This document shows, one piece after another, positions 63,250 through 64,000 of a DNA stretch of 64,000 bases (its first letter is position 1; each line of letters starts with the position of its first letter). Under the pieces are notes generated by a model that searched no databases, was not told the origin of the DNA, and was given only the letters and a program-made list of their open reading frames with translations. A program made the translations under genes and the position numbers. Origin of the DNA: Octopus bimaculoides (taxonomy: Eukaryota); NCBI RefSeq assembly GCF_001194135.2, contig NC_068992.1, positions 68,132,743-68,196,742 on the forward strand, in the 5' to 3' direction.

Positions 63250-64000
63250 NNNNNNNNNNNNNNNNNNNNNNNNNNNNNNNNNNNNNNNNNNNNNNNNNNN
63301 NNNNNNNNNNNNNNNNNNNNNNNNNNNNNNNNNNNNNNNNNNNNNNNNNNNNNNNNNNNNNNNNNNNNNNNNNNNNNNNNNNNNNNNNNNNNNNNNNNNN
63401 NNNNNNNNNNNNNNNNNNNNNNNNNNNNNNNNNNNNNNNNNNNNNNNNNNNNNNNNNNNNNNNNNNNNNNNNNNNNNNNNNNNNNNNNNNNNNNNNNNNN
63501 NNNNNNNNNNNNNNNNNNNNNNNNNNNNNNNNNNNNNNNNNNNNNNNNGTTAGTTTATCGACAATGACATATCGCTTCATCAACTAAACGTACATTTATC
63601 GATTCGGTATGTACAAAATACATAAATAAATAAAACATTCTTTGTCAATGCGTATTTCACATATCTTCCTGAACAATGAAAAGTCTTCATAAGAATAAAT
63701 AGAATTATTGATTTTTATATAACTGTTTCTTTTTTCTATGGTAATATTTTTTTCTATCATTCTTCTCCACGTCAAATTTTAATTTGCCCGAAATAATTTT
63801 CACAATTCCATTTACAACACTATCATATTTCTAGGATTATGGACTTATTTTGAGATACAGCTAAAGTTACTTTATATCATTCATTCGTGCCATTTCAGTG
63901 CAAAATAATACCCTTGCAGCATCTTCTGTTGACTCTTTTCTTTACAAGAATCGAACATTTTGTCCATTGCATGTTGGGCCGTTTAATGGGGAAAATACTT

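Overview
AT-rich, microsatellite-saturated eukaryotic DNA with about 18 N-gaps. The repeat families resemble those of coleoid cephalopods, probably Octopus (inference from recalled repeat sequences, not a database search). No complete host gene is recognisable. Most listed ORFs are microsatellite or gap artefacts, and only a few weak exon candidates exist. The window is mainly decayed transposons: Penelope-like elements (PLEs), RTE, R4/Dong, HERO, Tx1/L1 and CR1-like LINE fragments, a mariner, a Helitron end and two tRNA-derived SINE families. The most interesting signals are structural. (1) About seven minimal hammerhead-ribozyme (HHR)-like motifs, each with at least one defect. (2) Two unrelated fold-back insertions whose inversion breakpoints fall at nearly the same nucleotide of the HHR core. 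(3) A ~60-bp hairpin at 38.1 kb whose transition mismatches are all G-U-compatible on the + strand. (4) A ~200-bp-arm fold-back probably split by a spurious gap. (5) Compensatory covariation in the 3' stem-loop of a SINE family. All calls come from manual reading and need computational confirmation.
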